DNA of 62,873 nt, filler included, from Vannella sp. (GCA_023345925.1; 6 parts of 6 records of this genome joined end to end with filler, not necessarily neighbours in it), one strand, 5' to 3'. Shown: positions 35,782 to 49,518, counted from the whole stretch's first letter. Numbers and translations are program-made. Notes: a model not told the origin generated them from the sequence alone.

Positions 35782-38247
35782 ATGATCGGGCGCTCATATT
35801 CTCGGCTCCTTCAGCGGGGTTGGAGGAGGATGAGCTCTGTGGTCCCTCCAGTGTGTTTGAAGAAGCCGCATGTTCATACGTTGCATGGTGATGACCGAGA
35901 GGATCCTTTCTTCTGGCTCAAGGAGAAGAGCGACCCTGCAGTCCTGTCGTACTTGGAAGAGGAGAACGCCTACACCTCGAAGGTCTACGAAGAGACTGGC
36001 ATGAGGGAACTGACAGACACTTGCTACAAGGAGTTCCTAGCACGCCTTCAAGAGACGGACTCTAGTCCCCCGTACCGCGACGGCGATTACTTCTACTACT
36101 CAAGGACGGAGGAGGGCAAAGAGTACAGCATCTACTGCCGCCGTCGTGCCTTATCCAAGAGAGATGCGCTTCCACTGGAGGAAGACCCCAGTTCTGAGCA
36201 GTACACAGGACCGGAGCAGGTTCTTCTCGACCTCAATCGAGTGGCTCTTGAGGAGGACTACTGCGCCTTGGGAGCGTACTCTGTGTCTCCATGCGGTAGC
36301 ATGTTGGCTTATTCTATTGATCTAGAGGGTGATGAACGCTATACAATGCACGTCCTCTCGATTCAAGACGACCAAGTGGCCCCTCTTCATCCTAATCTGC
36401 TTGAGAACGTTACTGATCAAGCGGATTGGAGCTCAGATAGTAAGTTCTTGCTCTACTCTCGTATGAATGAGTCACACAGACCCTTCCAACTGTTCTGTCA
36501 CGAGCTTGGGACCTCTCCTGAGTCTGATCGACTCCTCTTTGAGGAGCCTGACGAGCGCTTCCATCTGACACTGGACCAATCACGAGATCATCGGTTCTTC
36601 TTCCTCACCCTCCAGTCCATGGTGACAACAGAAGTGCTCATGCTGCCTTGCGATCGTCCAACGGGAAAGTTTCGCTTGTTGTGGGAGCGGGCGGAGGGAG
36701 AAGAGTACTCTGTTGATACACAAGGTAACAAACTACTTCTCCTAACGAATGCAGCCGATCAGAGGAACTTCACTCTGCTCTACACTGAGATTCCTACCTT
36801 TGAAGAGGGCAACACTCCTCTGCTTCCGCCGATGAGCGATGGGGCGTGGCATACTCTGATCGCTCACGATCGCCAAGTGATGTTATCTGATATCATTCCC
36901 TTTTCCCGCTTCCTTTGTGTGCCACAAAGGCACGAGGGCCTTCCACGGCTCCAAATTCTGCCTTTGGGTGAGAACGGCATTCCTTCCTTGTCAGAGTCCC
37001 ACTTTGTTGAGTTTCCAGAAACATCTTACTCTGCTGGTACTTCCAACAACTGGGAGTATGACACAGACGTCTTGCGGGTGGCTTACAGCTCCTTCATCAC
37101 TCCTCGAACCATTTTTGACTATTCTACTCGCTCCCGCCAGCGTGTCGCTCGCAAGCAGCAACCTGTTCTGGGTGGATATGATCCGTCTTTGTATATTACT
37201 GAGAGGAGGCAAGCAACAGCTCCTGACGGCACCCTCGTCCCATTCTCTTTAGTGAGGAGGGCGGATTGTCCTCTGGATGGCACTTCCAGCTGCCTTCTGG
37301 AAGGCTATGGGTAAGTCCTTGTTCATTTTGGTCCTTTGTCCTTACCAGTGGTTGCTAGATCGTACTCTAGTTCGTACGATGCCAGTTTCTCTCCAAGAGT
37401 CATCTCCCTTCTGGAGCGCGGATTCGTGTATGCTGTGGCTCATATTCGAGGAGGTGGGGAGAAAGGGAGATATTGGTATGAAGACGGGAAGCTCCTGCAC
37501 AAAAAGAATACCTTTGAGGACTTTGCTGCGGTCGCAAAGCACCTTATCCACAACAAGTACACCTCCCCCTCTAATTTGGCCATTTATGGAGCCAGTGCGG
37601 GTGGCTTATTGATTGGAGCAACCTTAAATGCTTACGGAACCAGCCTCTACTCTGTTGCTGTCGCTTCTGTGGTCAGTTTCTATTCCACCAATGAATTGAC
37701 GCCGATCTGACGTTTCTGGACAGCCTTTCGTGGATGTGGTGACCACCATGCAAGACGAATCTATTCCTCTTACGGCCATTGGTAGGACCAGCAAGTCTTT
37801 CCCTGCCAGACACCTGACTGGGAGCAGAATGGGAGGAATGGGGAAACCCTAAAAACAAAGAATTCTACGATTACATCAAATCTTACTCTCCCTATGACAA
37901 CGTCAAGGCACAAGACTACCCACACTTGCTGATTAAAGCAGGTCTGAACGATTCCCGCGTTCGTAAGTCAGAAATCCTGATTCCCAATGAGTCCTTCCCT
38001 CATCAGCAGCAGAGTACTTTGAGCCAGCCAAATTCTGTGCGAAACTGCGCGCGAACAAAACGGACCAGAATCTGCTTCTCCTTCATGTAGGCGAAGTGAT
38101 ATTCCCTCCAAAGAGCTTCTATTCACAATGAACCAGACCAACACGGGTGCCGGCCACTTTGGTGCTTCTGGAAGATACGAGTACCTCAAAGAGTGCGCCT
38201 ACGAGTACGCTTTCATCATCAACCGACTCCAGCCCTCCAAAGAGTAG
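35782..38247 (+). CDS. ptrB: Oligopeptidase B (S9A) with a probable mitochondrial presequence (multi-exon)
   Basis: [47 protein letters not shown] (Ser), GLNDSRV (Asp) and AGHFG (His). Confidence 0.95.
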
Positions 38248-38320
38248 CCTCATTAGGTCCCAGAAAGGGATCGACCCCAACCAGACGAACAATAAGACAA
38301 TCTCGAATAACCATATTTTT

Positions 38321-38420
38321 NNNNNNNNNNNNNNNNNNNNNNNNNNNNNNNNNNNNNNNNNNNNTTAATTAATTAANNNNNNNNNNNNNNNNNNNNNNNN
38401 NNNNNNNNNNNNNNNNNNNN
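38321..38420. other. Artificial contig spacer
   Basis: N44-TTAATTAATTAA-N44. Confidence 0.98.
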
Positions 38421-38935
38421 GTCATTTCTTGGGAACAAACCATGACCTCTTCAACCTCTACTTGCCCATGGTAGTCCGTGATTCCGATTCCCTTCATTTC
38501 TTGGGCAACAACACACTCCTCCACTCCCTAGAAGGAGGTCTTTGGGCTTTTGGAGTCGATAGAGAAGGTCAACTCGGTCTCGATCACAAGTTCCTCAATG
38601 ACCTGCCAGTGGCTCATCTTCTGTGGAAGGTCTCTTGTGAGGCGGTTCGTTCCTTTCACCATGAAGGAGCCCACGTCTCTGTCATCCATCAATGGGTTCA
38701 GCCCTGCTCTGCAAAGCTGCAGGAGCTGTCAGAAGCACCTCCAACACCTTCACTACCTCCCCTCTCAACTTCACGCCTCCACAGAGCCCTGTCCCATCCA
38801 CAAGAGAACATGTCACCTTCAGCTAATCTCCAGTATCAAACATGGTCTCGCTATCGACTCCATGAGCTCCACCGAAGCTACGGCGACCAACCAATGCCCT
38901 TTCCTTGCGCCTGGAACCCTTCCAAGGGTTGGTGA
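38421..38935 (+). CDS. RCC1-repeat-containing fragment (truncated or degenerate)
   Basis: One RCC1-like repeat, NTLLHSLEGGLWAFGVDREGQLGL; the remainder is not recognisable. Confidence 0.45.
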
Positions 38936-38976
38936 TAGTATAGAACCTTCTGTTTGATTTCCAGCTCATTTTCTGG

Positions 38977-40594
38977 ATGCTTGGACGCTTCGTAGCACGG
39001 TCGGCTTTGGGGGGCGCTGCTTTGACTCGCACTACGGCTGTTGTGCAGGCGAGACAGTTGAACATCCATGAGTATCAGAGCCAGGACCTCATGCGCAAGT
39101 TTGATGTGATCGTACCTGACGGTGGTGTGGCCACTTCGACGGAAGAAGCTCGGGCGCTTGCGCTGAGACTCTCGGGGGGTGATAGTAAGCGTCTCTATCT
39201 ACTGCTTTGTTGTGGCGTGGTTGTTTGGTTCTGACTGGCTGACAGGCAACCACGAGGACTTTGTCGTCAAGGCGCAGATCTTGGCGGGAGGACGAGGACG
39301 AGGAACCTTCATGAATGGCTTCCAGGGTGGTGTTCATACTGCCACTTCGTGAGTGCTATCTTCGTCTACGGTCCAGGACTCTTGAACTGACTTGGAGAAG
39401 CACTGACGAGGCTGTTCAATTGGCGAACGAGATGTTGGGGAACCGCTTGATCACGAAGCAGACTGGCCCCACCGGGCAACTGGTAGACAGAGTGAGCAAC
39501 ACCATTTTGAACGATTTGTTGGCTTTTTCTGGGCCTCAAGTACTGACTCTATCCAGATCCTCCTCGCGAAACGGCACTACATCAGGAGGGAGGCTTACTT
39601 TGCCATCCTGTTGGACCGTAAGACCAGCAATGTGGTGATGGTGGGAAGCAAGTTTGGAGGCATGGACATTGAGGCTGTGGCACACGATAACCCTCACGCC
39701 ATCGTCAAAGTGCCCGTGAAGATGTCTGAAGGAGTGACGGAAGATCAGTGCCGAACGATGACAAAGGCGCTCGGCTTCCCTATGGCTCTTGAGGGCAAGG
39801 TAACTGCACAGATCAAGGCCTTGTACAAGCTCTTCTCCTCCACAGATGCAACTCAAGTGGAGATCAATCCGATGGTGGAGACTTCTCAGGGTGATGTGAT
39901 GTGCCTGGACGCGAAGATCAACTTTGATGACAACGCTTCCTTCCGCCAAAAGGAGATCTTCAGCCTTCGCGACTTCTCCCAAGAGGACGAGCGAGAGGTG
40001 AAGGCCGCCGCTCAAGACCTCAACTTTATCGGTCTCGATGGAACCATTGGATGCCTCGGTACGTTACTTGATGGCTTCTCCGTCTGGGGGATCCTCTGAC
40101 AGAGTTATCTAGTGAATGGAGCTGGGTTGGCCATGGCCACGATGGACATTATCAAGCTGGAAGGCGGTGCTCCCGCTAACTTCCTCGATGTGGGTGGCGG
40201 TGCAACAGAGAAGCAAGTTACCGAGGCGCTAAAGATCATCGCAAGCGACCCCAAAGTCAAAGCCATTCTCATCAACATCTTTGGAGGCATTATGCGGTGC
40301 GATGTGATCGCTCTTGGCATCCTCAACGCCGTGGAGACCCTCAACCTTCGCCTCCCCCTCGTTGTCCGCCTCTCTGGTACGTTAAACCTCTCCCCCACCC
40401 CCTTCCCCCTCCCCTCACCGTCCCCAACAGGCACCAACGTCGAGAAAGCTCAAAAGATCCTCGACGAGAGCGCCCTCAAAGTCATCTCCGCTGTAGACCT
40501 CGCCGACGCGGCCGAAAAGGTCGTCAAAGTGGCTAACATCATGGAAATGGCTGCCAAAGCCGACCTGAACGTCCGTTTCGAATTACCTCTTTAA
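38977..40594 (+). CDS. sucC: Mitochondrial succinyl-CoA ligase beta subunit (multi-exon)
   Basis: [60 protein letters not shown] and [10 protein letters not shown]. Confidence 0.97.
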
Positions 40595-40671
40595 TACGCT
40601 GCCTCTCACAATGCCCGCACTCACACCAATTGCATAAAAGCGTCGTTTTCTTCCCGCCTCGTCCCGATCTC

Positions 40672-42638
40672 ATGTCCAGCGCTGGAGACGAGGGCAGCGA
40701 GGGGAAGCAGGGCTCTGGTAGTCGGGAGTTGCGTTTGTCGGAAGAGTTGGAAGTAGAGGAGGAGGAGCACCAGCAGAAACTGGCGCGTTTGGAGATGATG
40801 TCGCCGAGCAAGGCGGCGGAGGAGTCGTTGGATGACCTGGGGCGCGAGATCGGTGCGGAGAACTATCAAGTTATATCCCTACTGGGTGTTGGATCTCAGG
40901 GGCGGGTGTATCTTGTCCGGCTCACTAGCACGGACCAGTACTTTGCCTTGAAGGTCTTCCGCAAGGACAAAGTGCTACCAAACGAGAAGGTGCGTCCTCC
41001 TTTGGCTGCACAGCTCTTCCATGGAGGAGGGTAGCGTATATACTTATCAATAGCTATAGACTACTCGCTCTATCCTCACGGAGCATCGCTTTTTGAGTTC
41101 CACAGACCATCCCTTCGTCACCAAGCTGTTCCACTCGTTCCATACGCCTGAGCGCTTATTCATGGTGATGGAGTTTTGCCCAGGAGGCGAGCTGTTCACT
41201 ACTATCAAGAAGCAGCCCAACGGTCATCTCACGGAGGACCAAGTGCGCTTCTACGCCTCTGAGGTCGTGCTGGTGCTCGAGTTCATCCACTCAAAGGGTT
41301 ACATCTACCGAGGTACGAGTTCTACACCTCTTTATTTCCTTGAGCGCTTCTCAGGGTGTTGCACAGACCTGAAACCAGAGAACATCCTCCTTCATCTCGA
41401 CGGGCACATCCGTATGGCTGACTTTGGCCTCTCCAAACAGTCGGAAAGTGGACCTCAGAACATCATTCAAGAGCGTGGGGGAAAGAACTGGAACCCCTTC
41501 ATGGTAGGGCGATTGGGGTGCATCTTGTGTCCTCCCTCTGACTGGGGAGTAGAAGAAGAGACGGCAGTTCCACATCGCCAACGGAGAGGTTCTTCGAACA
41601 TCCTCTCTTGTTGGTTCTGTACACTATCTTGCTCCTGAAGTAGTCTCAGGTGAGAGTTACGACGTCATGGCCGACTGGTGGGCCTTTGGAGTACTCCTCT
41701 ATGACATGTTTGTACGTTGTTCCTCTGCTTTCGTCTCTATCTGACACACTTCTCATAGTACGGCTTCCCTCCATTCAAGGGGAGAACAAACAAAGAGATA
41801 ATCGGGCGAATCTCGTTGTGCGAGTACACTTTTCCTGCTGATAGACCGATTGGCACTCACCTACGCAACCTCATTCGCGGTCTTTTGAAGCTAGACCCTA
41901 GAAAGAGAATATCCAGCAAGTATGGGGCCATTGACATCAAGCAGCACCCCTTCTTTGAAGGAACGCATTGGGGGTTGCTCCGCAATCGCACTCCCCCGAT
42001 CATTCCTGCGGTCAGATCGCCTTGTGACACCTCTCACTTTGAGATCTATGCGGGAGATGAAGATAGCGTGGACTTTAACTTCTTCTCGGAGCTTCCAGAG
42101 GTGAGAAAGACTTCTTGTGAGCTGGGAACATTCTAAACGGGTCGATTAGGACGAAACAGCGATCTCGTCGGAGGAGCAGGGTAAGTTTGATGACTTTCAC
42201 TTTACTCGAGAAGCATTTGGGACTGTCCTGCTGGACCGTAAGACCAAGATACACAACCAAACCCACGGAAACTCGCCCAAGCCATTCCCCAGTGCGGGTT
42301 CGTCAGGTTCCCTCAAAGCAGTCCCTCTGGAAGAGCTCAAGAAGGAAGACTCTTCTGCTTCAATCGCTTCTCCCTTGTCAGGGACCACAGACGAGCCCCA
42401 CACGGAGGGCGCCATGACCGGACCCGGGACTCCCGTCTCCCCCGGACGAGAGAAGAAGAGGCGGAAGGTGCGCAACTCTCGGTCAAGTTCACGAGCTTCC
42501 GAGGACTCCAAGAACGAAGAAGACGACAGCACAGCACCAGGAAGCCCCATGGGCCCCTCTGGCAAGCGGGCCAAAGCCAAGCCGGTCCGAAAGATCTCTG
42601 CCACTCACAAGGAGAACGATAGGATCACCAAGGAGTGA
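40672..42638 (+). CDS. AGC-group Ser/Thr kinase (multi-exon)
   Basis: LGVGSQGRVYL, ALK, HPFV, YRDLKPEN, DFGLS, VGSVHYLAPE and DWWAFG, with an AGC tail including the FDDFHF hydrophobic motif. Confidence 0.92.
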
Positions 42639-42725
42639 CTCCACCCTGTACAGTAACCCATTACCTCTCTCTCTACTCTCCTTCCAGGCCGCTCCCCCAA
42701 ATATAGCCTCTCCTCTTCTCATTTG

Positions 42726-45700
42726 ATGGGGGACTCCGCCTCCCCTACTGCCTCCCCCACTGCCTCGCCTCGCCCTTTGGGCCAGCGCTTGTCCGTTCGA
42801 CGTGTTGCTCCCCGAGGTAGTACGTATCGGTTGGTAGGCAGTAAGAGGGGGACGGAGGCGCCTGTGGTGCGGTCGGTGGAGAAAGTGGAAGCCCCGAGAG
42901 CGATTGCTGCGGGAGAGGATGTCCTGGTGAGCTCTGGAAGCGCCTACATCCCAACAGCATCAACAGAGACTAGGCTGAAGCCCTTAGGGGCGAGAACAAA
43001 GGAGGAGGAAGCTTCCCAAGAGGATCCTGAGGAAGCCTCTCAGGAGAACGTGCCAGTGAGCAGCCCTTACGAACCCCAGGTAGCATCATCATTAGAGAAG
43101 GCTCTGCCAGATGTGGATGATAGAGAGAAGGATCCCCTTCCCCGCTGTTCAAGTGGCAACTTGAAAGTAGTACCAGCAGAGGGGAAGGAGGTGTTGGAAG
43201 AGCACCAGAAGGAGGAATCAACCATCGTAAAGAGAACAGGACCAAAGCCTCCAGTACAGCGGCGTGGTGCACCCCCCAAGCCAACTGCCCCTGCCAAACC
43301 AACTCCATTAGTGGGAGGGCGGAAGGGCGCTTTGGCTACTTCCATGAAGATCCCTCTCCCATCATTATCAAAGCACACTCTGGAGACCCCATTGGTACCG
43401 CTACTCACACAAGAAACCTCTTTTGCACGCTCACACTCCGTTCTTCAAGAGCTGGCTCACATGTGCGCTCAGAGTAAGACCCGTAGTCCTACTCACCAGG
43501 AGAGAGACCAAGGAGCTACTGGATTGGACTGTTGGAGCGCCTGTGACGAGGTCATACGAGATATTGAGCTGATGGAAGCGGCGGAGCTCATTCGAGTGCA
43601 AAGCAACCGCCATTCCGCCGTTAAGATCGGCCACTCTCGTGTAGCCCTTCCAAACGACATCATCAAGCTGCCCTGGAACCCCGCATCAGCCCAGCGACTA
43701 ACGAATGACATCAAACACGCTTTGGCAATCCTCATTGACTTGGAAGGAGACAAGCCTCTGGCCCGTAGCCGCGCGCTCACTATGATGGGAGACAGCTCTG
43801 AGTACTCTGACAGTGAGCTGAGGCCTCATATCGCCCGTGCCAAGACCAGTCCGGACAGACGGAAGAGAGAGCGGTTGGGAGACACTTTGAGTGAGATGGT
43901 AGAAGAATCACCTCAGGAGCGCCTCTTACAGGTACTCTCAAGGCACCAAAGGTCGATTAAGCTACATAGGAATGCCTGGACAGAGTATCTGGCGAATGAA
44001 GGAGGCTCAGAAGGAGACCCCAACCGACGGAGCATGCGCTACGGGGACAGGGACACCATCTGCAAGCTGGAGGCCTTTCACAAGAGCTTCCAACTCCCAG
44101 CTTTTGTCCTGGGGGTGCTAAACAGGGGGCCAGGGGGAGATCCAAGTCCCAATGTCGAGCCCCAGTTTCTTGTGCCTGTCTTGTCCATTCTCGAGAGCCC
44201 TTCCCCGACTCTCTCACGCGTGGCGCTTAATCAGCTTCCTATACCATCTCCTCGGCCTTCTTCTCGTTTTATTGGAATCAACAAGCCTCAAAGGACTCCA
44301 AATGTTTGCTTTGACGAGCCAGCCTTAAAAAGTGTGTTGGGGAGCAATGGAGACTCTGAGAAGTCTCTTCCTTTCCACAATGAGGGTCGAGATGAGGTTG
44401 CTGTCTCTCCACGAAGCAAAGTGGAAGTGTCTAGACAACCCAAACTGGATTCTCTCACCAGGAGGAGGAGATCCACGAGTGGAAAGCGGCCCTGGTTCAT
44501 CTCTGGGACACCAAAGAGCGCCGCCATATCTGCTAAGGCATCCATTGGACTTAGCCTTACAAGGATAATACGACCTGTCGATCGGGATCCAGTGAAAGCC
44601 CGCGAGAAAGCGCTCAGAAGCCTTCAAAAGCACAAGGATATGTTCAACAAGGCGTTCTTTGCATGTGGAACTCGCATTCGCCAGTACCGATTGGAGGAAA
44701 AGGAACATCGTCGGACATGTAAGATAGAACTTGCCAAAATCACTTCTTGGCACCAAGGAGAGCTCTCTCGACGGTTCCGTGTGTCCAATATCAGCCATCT
44801 ACTGGAGATAAGGGCGAGAATCGCGTATCAGGACCACAAATCGTCGTTGATTGACAGAGGGTCGGGCGAAGTGGCTGCTCTCCTGAGTCGTTTGAAGGAG
44901 AAACCGGAGGACCTGGAAGAGGAATTCAAGTTCCAGACTATTGAGAGTCTTTTTGAGGCCGATGAGAGGCTGCTTTACTTACATAGACGCGTTAAGGCGT
45001 GGGGGAGAACGGAAAAGAGGGATGCTCGGGACTATCAAATGCTACAGAAGGCCCAAGTTAATGTCGTCTCAATGGAACAGAGGCAAAAGACACTTCTCAG
45101 TCTGTTGGGATGCCTTCAGCCACACAGCGTTGTGTCAACATTCCACCCTTATGAGACAGCTGAACAAGACGTTATTGACAGTGTCTTATTAGACCAACGG
45201 TGCCGCACAGGAATGAAAATACTCCGCTTGAAGCAAGCTATTGAAGCAACAGACATCGAAGTGATTCCTCCTCACGAAATTGTCAACTTTTTGCAAACCT
45301 TCGTGGACCAAACTGCAGGAGAATTTGCTCTCCCCAACGAGCTTATTGACCGTTTGCGTTTGGGAGTGGGACGTGCAATCTTCCCTGAACTATTTTCGTT
45401 CCTTTGGAACTCCAGAAAGGAAGAAAACGAGCAAAACGATCTTCTTTTCGAAGCTAAGCAACAACTTCTTCGCCAGGTGCCAATGGGCCAATTAGATCCA
45501 CTTTTATCCCCTTTTGAAGAGGACCGCGGCTTGTTCATCCAGGGAATCTCAATGCTGGAAGAGATTTTCCTAGAGTGCGTTCCCTCTGATATGTTAATGG
45601 TTCTCTATCGAGTGATGGAGCTTGCCCATCATATCATTCGCACCCAGAGTGAAGGAGATTTGGGCGCAGACGACTTGTTCCCAGTCTGGTTGTTCATCAC

Positions 45701-45939
45701 TATTCACGCCAATGTGAGCTTCCTTCATTCTCACTTGTATTTCATGGAGCACTTTGCCACACCCGAGGAGAGTATGACCCAACTTGGTTATTGTCTAACA
45801 ACCTTCCAAGGTATGTTAACGCCCTCTTACCTTCACCACATCAACAACTAACTCTTCCTTAGCATGCGTTGCGTACGTTCGAACTGTGGACACGAAGCGT
45901 TATATCAGCACAGAGGCTGAGGAGGACTTTGCTTTGTAA
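42726..45939 (+). CDS. VPS9-domain (Rab5 GEF) protein with a long disordered N-terminus (2 exons)
   Basis: LGADDLFPVWLF..IHAN and GYCLTTFQ, continuing as ACVAYV after an intron at about 45811-45862. Confidence 0.88.
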
Positions 45940-46015
45940 TAAATTTTGCTGCTGGATAAGCAGGCACATGCAGTGGTAGAGGAGCTCAGACTGATTCGGT
46001 TTATTGGCCATCCTC

Positions 46016-48593
46016 TCAGATGTCCATGGGGTCGAATTCACTTTCAGTGGAGTCAACCAGATATCCACTAGATCCCGTGTTCTGTTCGCAAAAGAGATCA
46101 GTGTAAAGGGAGGAGGGACATTCGTTGGCGATTTTGCCTTGTCCTTTCAAAATGGAAATGATCTTCTCGAGAGAGTAGGCCTTGACTTGTTGGAGGGAGA
46201 AGAGGAGCGTGGATGGGTTGTACAGAATACGCCGGTGGCGAACTTCCGTTCGCTGTTCATTGATCATGGAAAGGGAAAAATAACCTGGCTTGCCACTGAA
46301 ACGGACAAGGAACCCCCCAGGTTTTGGCTCGCTGAAAAGTTTCGTTTGGGATTCAGTTTCCGACATAAATCCGTGAAAGTAAGGCAATTGGAGCACTCGC
46401 TTGAGCTACAAGAGTGTGAGAATGAAAAAAGACGGAACCAAAGTGCACTCACCCGTTGGAAGAAGGTGGGGAATCCCGAGCCCCCATCATCACAGAGAGG
46501 ACCAAACCAGCGCAGGAGGTCTCCCCACTCCTTGATACCAACAGAACCGTTATTGTGGTCGACTCTCAGTAGTCTCTTAATGCAAGTGAGCTCCATATTC
46601 AAATCCAGGCCAATGTCACAGAAGGGGCGATCTCCATAACGGCGTTGGAATTCCTCTCTCGCTTGTTGGTCTTTTTGTCGGTTTCCGAGGCTCCAGGTCA
46701 CAAGCTGAAAGTCAGAAGCACTCTCGAGTAGAGATTGGGAGGTTTGTTCAGGGAGATCGATTAACTGCTCCTCATAAGAGACTTCAATCTCTTCTCGCAG
46801 GTTTCTCTCAAACACAGCCCACTCTACTTGTGGGAGGCCATACAACTCCATGCTCCTCCACATGTCCCGGCCTTGGTCGTCCTCGATCATTTCAGCCAAG
46901 AAGATCTCCGTCAAAGTGTAGGAGATCTCGTCAAAGGAAGGCCGCCGAAGTGCAGATTCTTCCCAGCATCTGGCAATAAGTTCTCTCAACTGAGTGGGAA
47001 GCGTCTCTGGTAATGGTGGACGTTCGCCTCCAAGGATCATCTCCCTTAACTTCGCACCATCATTGAGTCCCAAGTTGGGAAACAGACGCTGCCTGGTGAA
47101 GATCTCCCACATAATCAATCCGAAACTGTAAACGTCAATCTTCTCACAGAAGCGCTCATTTCGGAGCAGCTCAGGGGCCATGTAGATCATTGTTCCCACC
47201 CGCTTGTTGTTATGAAGCTGTTTCAGCAGAGGATCTTTCATTTCCTGTAACCAAGTGATGAGTCAAACGCAAACGAAATGGGTGCAAACCTTACACAGAA
47301 GCCAAAGTCACAGATCTTGATGCGATAATTGGCATCTACCAGGAGGTTGCTGGGCTTGAGATCTCGGTGAAGGAACTGAACTGGCTTAGAGGAATGAAGC
47401 CAGTTCATTCCCCTGGCGACATCCCAGGCCATGCGCAGCTGCATAAACATGTCCAAAGGAATGGATTCGTCCAGCAGCATCTTTCCCAACTCTCCCTTTG
47501 GTAGCAGCTCAGTGACGATAGCAATGGATTCGCTGGTAATCTTGGCACCAAAAAACTTGGTGATGTGGGGACAATGCATGTTTTGGAGGACATCCACTTC
47601 CATCTTGACACTTTCCAACTCTGCGTTGCTGAGATCTGTTGGCCTGACGTTCAGAATCTTGACTGCAACTGGCTGATGGCGGAACTTGGCGCGGTAGACC
47701 TTTCCAAACTGCCCAGTTCCGAGCTCCTCTCCGAGAATGAGGTCGTTATCAGTTATCACGGGCGCTTCGACTCGCTCTCTTTGGACGTGCGACGAGTTAG
47801 CAGCTCCTGGCTGTCCAAGAGCTTCAGCTTCAGCTGCAGGGGTTCGGGCGAGCATCGTCACTACTCGGTGGTGCTCTTCCTTCAAGGGAAAGATGGTTTG
47901 CCTTCTAGCAAAGGTGACATCAGGGAGGCCAGCCAGTTTTGGGTCTTGGGAAGCCATGAGAGGAGCCCAAGGAACAGGGGTGAACTTTCGGGAGAACTTG
48001 AGAGGAACCAGAAAGAAAGGGCGATCCTCCCCTGCAAGGCGATAGTACTTGGAATGAGGATCATCTTGGCGGGGATCAGGGAACGGAGCTTTGCTAACTT
48101 GCAGCTCGCCTGTAATGACACCCGCTTCCACGTCAAGCAAGAGAACACGATCACGAGCCCTCATTGTCTGCAGGTACGCAGCCGTCTCTTCATTCAACTC
48201 ACTGTCCCAATTCACTGTCTTCTTCTCTTGTATTTGCACGCGCTCCAGTGAGTACGCAGAAGTGGTGAGCGCCAGCCAGTATTGCATCGCTCCCCCGTCC
48301 AGGAAAAAAATGACAACCTTTCCACCCCAACCTTAAACAAATAGGTAAAATATCATTTCCCTTTGTCTCTGGGAGAAGGGAAGAGATCCTCTTTGACTCG
48401 AAGGCTGAAAATCCACGACCTGCGCGATCAGTCCCTCAGGCTCGTGGATTCTCTCCTCACCCCATTTGAGCGCCTTGGACTTTCCTGAACACTCAGTTTC
48501 AATGGCTTGAGTGAGAGGAGCGGAGAAAGAGCTTAGCTCGCCTGTTTCTAGAACCACATTGCATTCCCAAGATCTGTCCATCAACTGAACCAT
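46016..48593 (-). CDS. TKL kinase with a C-terminal SH2 domain (Dictyostelium Shk-like); 5' end uncertain
   Basis: [30 protein letters not shown] and DVYSFG, a linker LLRWFGPL, then SH2 YFHG...[15 protein letters not shown]. Confidence 0.9.
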
Positions 48594-48799
48594 CTGGAGG
48601 TGCCCCTGACCTCACTCCTGGGCGAGGTTCGAACTCTGCTTACGCCCAATACGTGCAGTACTCCCAAGATCGAACGCCGTTAGCAACTCTAAAACGAATA
48701 TTCCATTGAGAGAGCATCGCTCCCTTCCTCTCCCAACTCTCTTGCTGGAATGTCACTTTGTCGCCAAGCAAGTTCGTGTTGTTCGTACCTTCCTCAATG

Positions 48800-49106
48800 A
48801 GTTCCGCCGAGCAGACAGTCAACCAGACGTCTTCAAACCCGTCTGTTTCGTCGAGAATCTCTTCCCCGATGAGTTCCTCGACAACATTCTCGAGGGTGAT
48901 GATTCCCGTAGTGACAGTCTACAGAGTCGATGATCACCCATGTGCGACTTGCCTTTCTGGAACATGTCCAGCACCTTGTAAAGGGGCATGGTCTCGTTCA
49001 CCACCGGTAACCAACAGAGATTGATGTCGTTGACAAGTACAGCGTCCTTGGGATCAATCATGAGAGACTTTACAAGGATCATGCATATGAATTGTTCTAG
49101 AGTCAC
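48800..49106 (-). pseudogene. Frameshifted fragment of a CNNM/DUF21-CBS metal transporter
   Basis: MILVKSL...LPVVNETMPLYKVLDMFQKGKSHM, then in another frame TGIITLENVVEELIGEEILDETD. The 23 nt between them contain no frame-restoring intron, and no DUF21 part is visible upstream. Confidence 0.7.
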
Positions 49107-49518
49107 GGACTAGTCTCTCGCACATCTTCAAATGATCAGGCTCTCCTTTCAGCATCGCTAGGGTGGGGTTCAATCACGGATTAACACCAGTGACATCTTT
49201 ATTGTATTTTTGCAATCTTCATCCGTTCAGGGGGCTTCAGAGATTCAGTCTGGAAACTCCTACAAATATCACCAGTTTCGTCTGTTGGCAGTGGAAATTG
49301 TATTCCACACATCCACTCCCCATTATTCTCGTTGGAAAACTCGGGGCCACTGAGTGTTAGGCATGTGCTCTGCAAGAATGGGATGCCAAAAATACACGGA
49401 TAGAACCGAACATTACCTTTCAGGTGACCACCTCATCTTTTGTTTCAGCAGTTTGTAATCGTTATCAGCCTTCATTTTCGTAACGAACTCGACATCATGA
49501 GACTCATCTTTCCTCTCC

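Noticed and set aside
48333..48335. In-frame TAA between two ORFs of the Shk-like gene, suggesting readthrough or a variant genetic code
   Set aside because: A G|GTGAGG...TTTAAG intron (about 48460-48332) removes it in phase, and TAA, TAG and TGA all serve as normal stops elsewhere.
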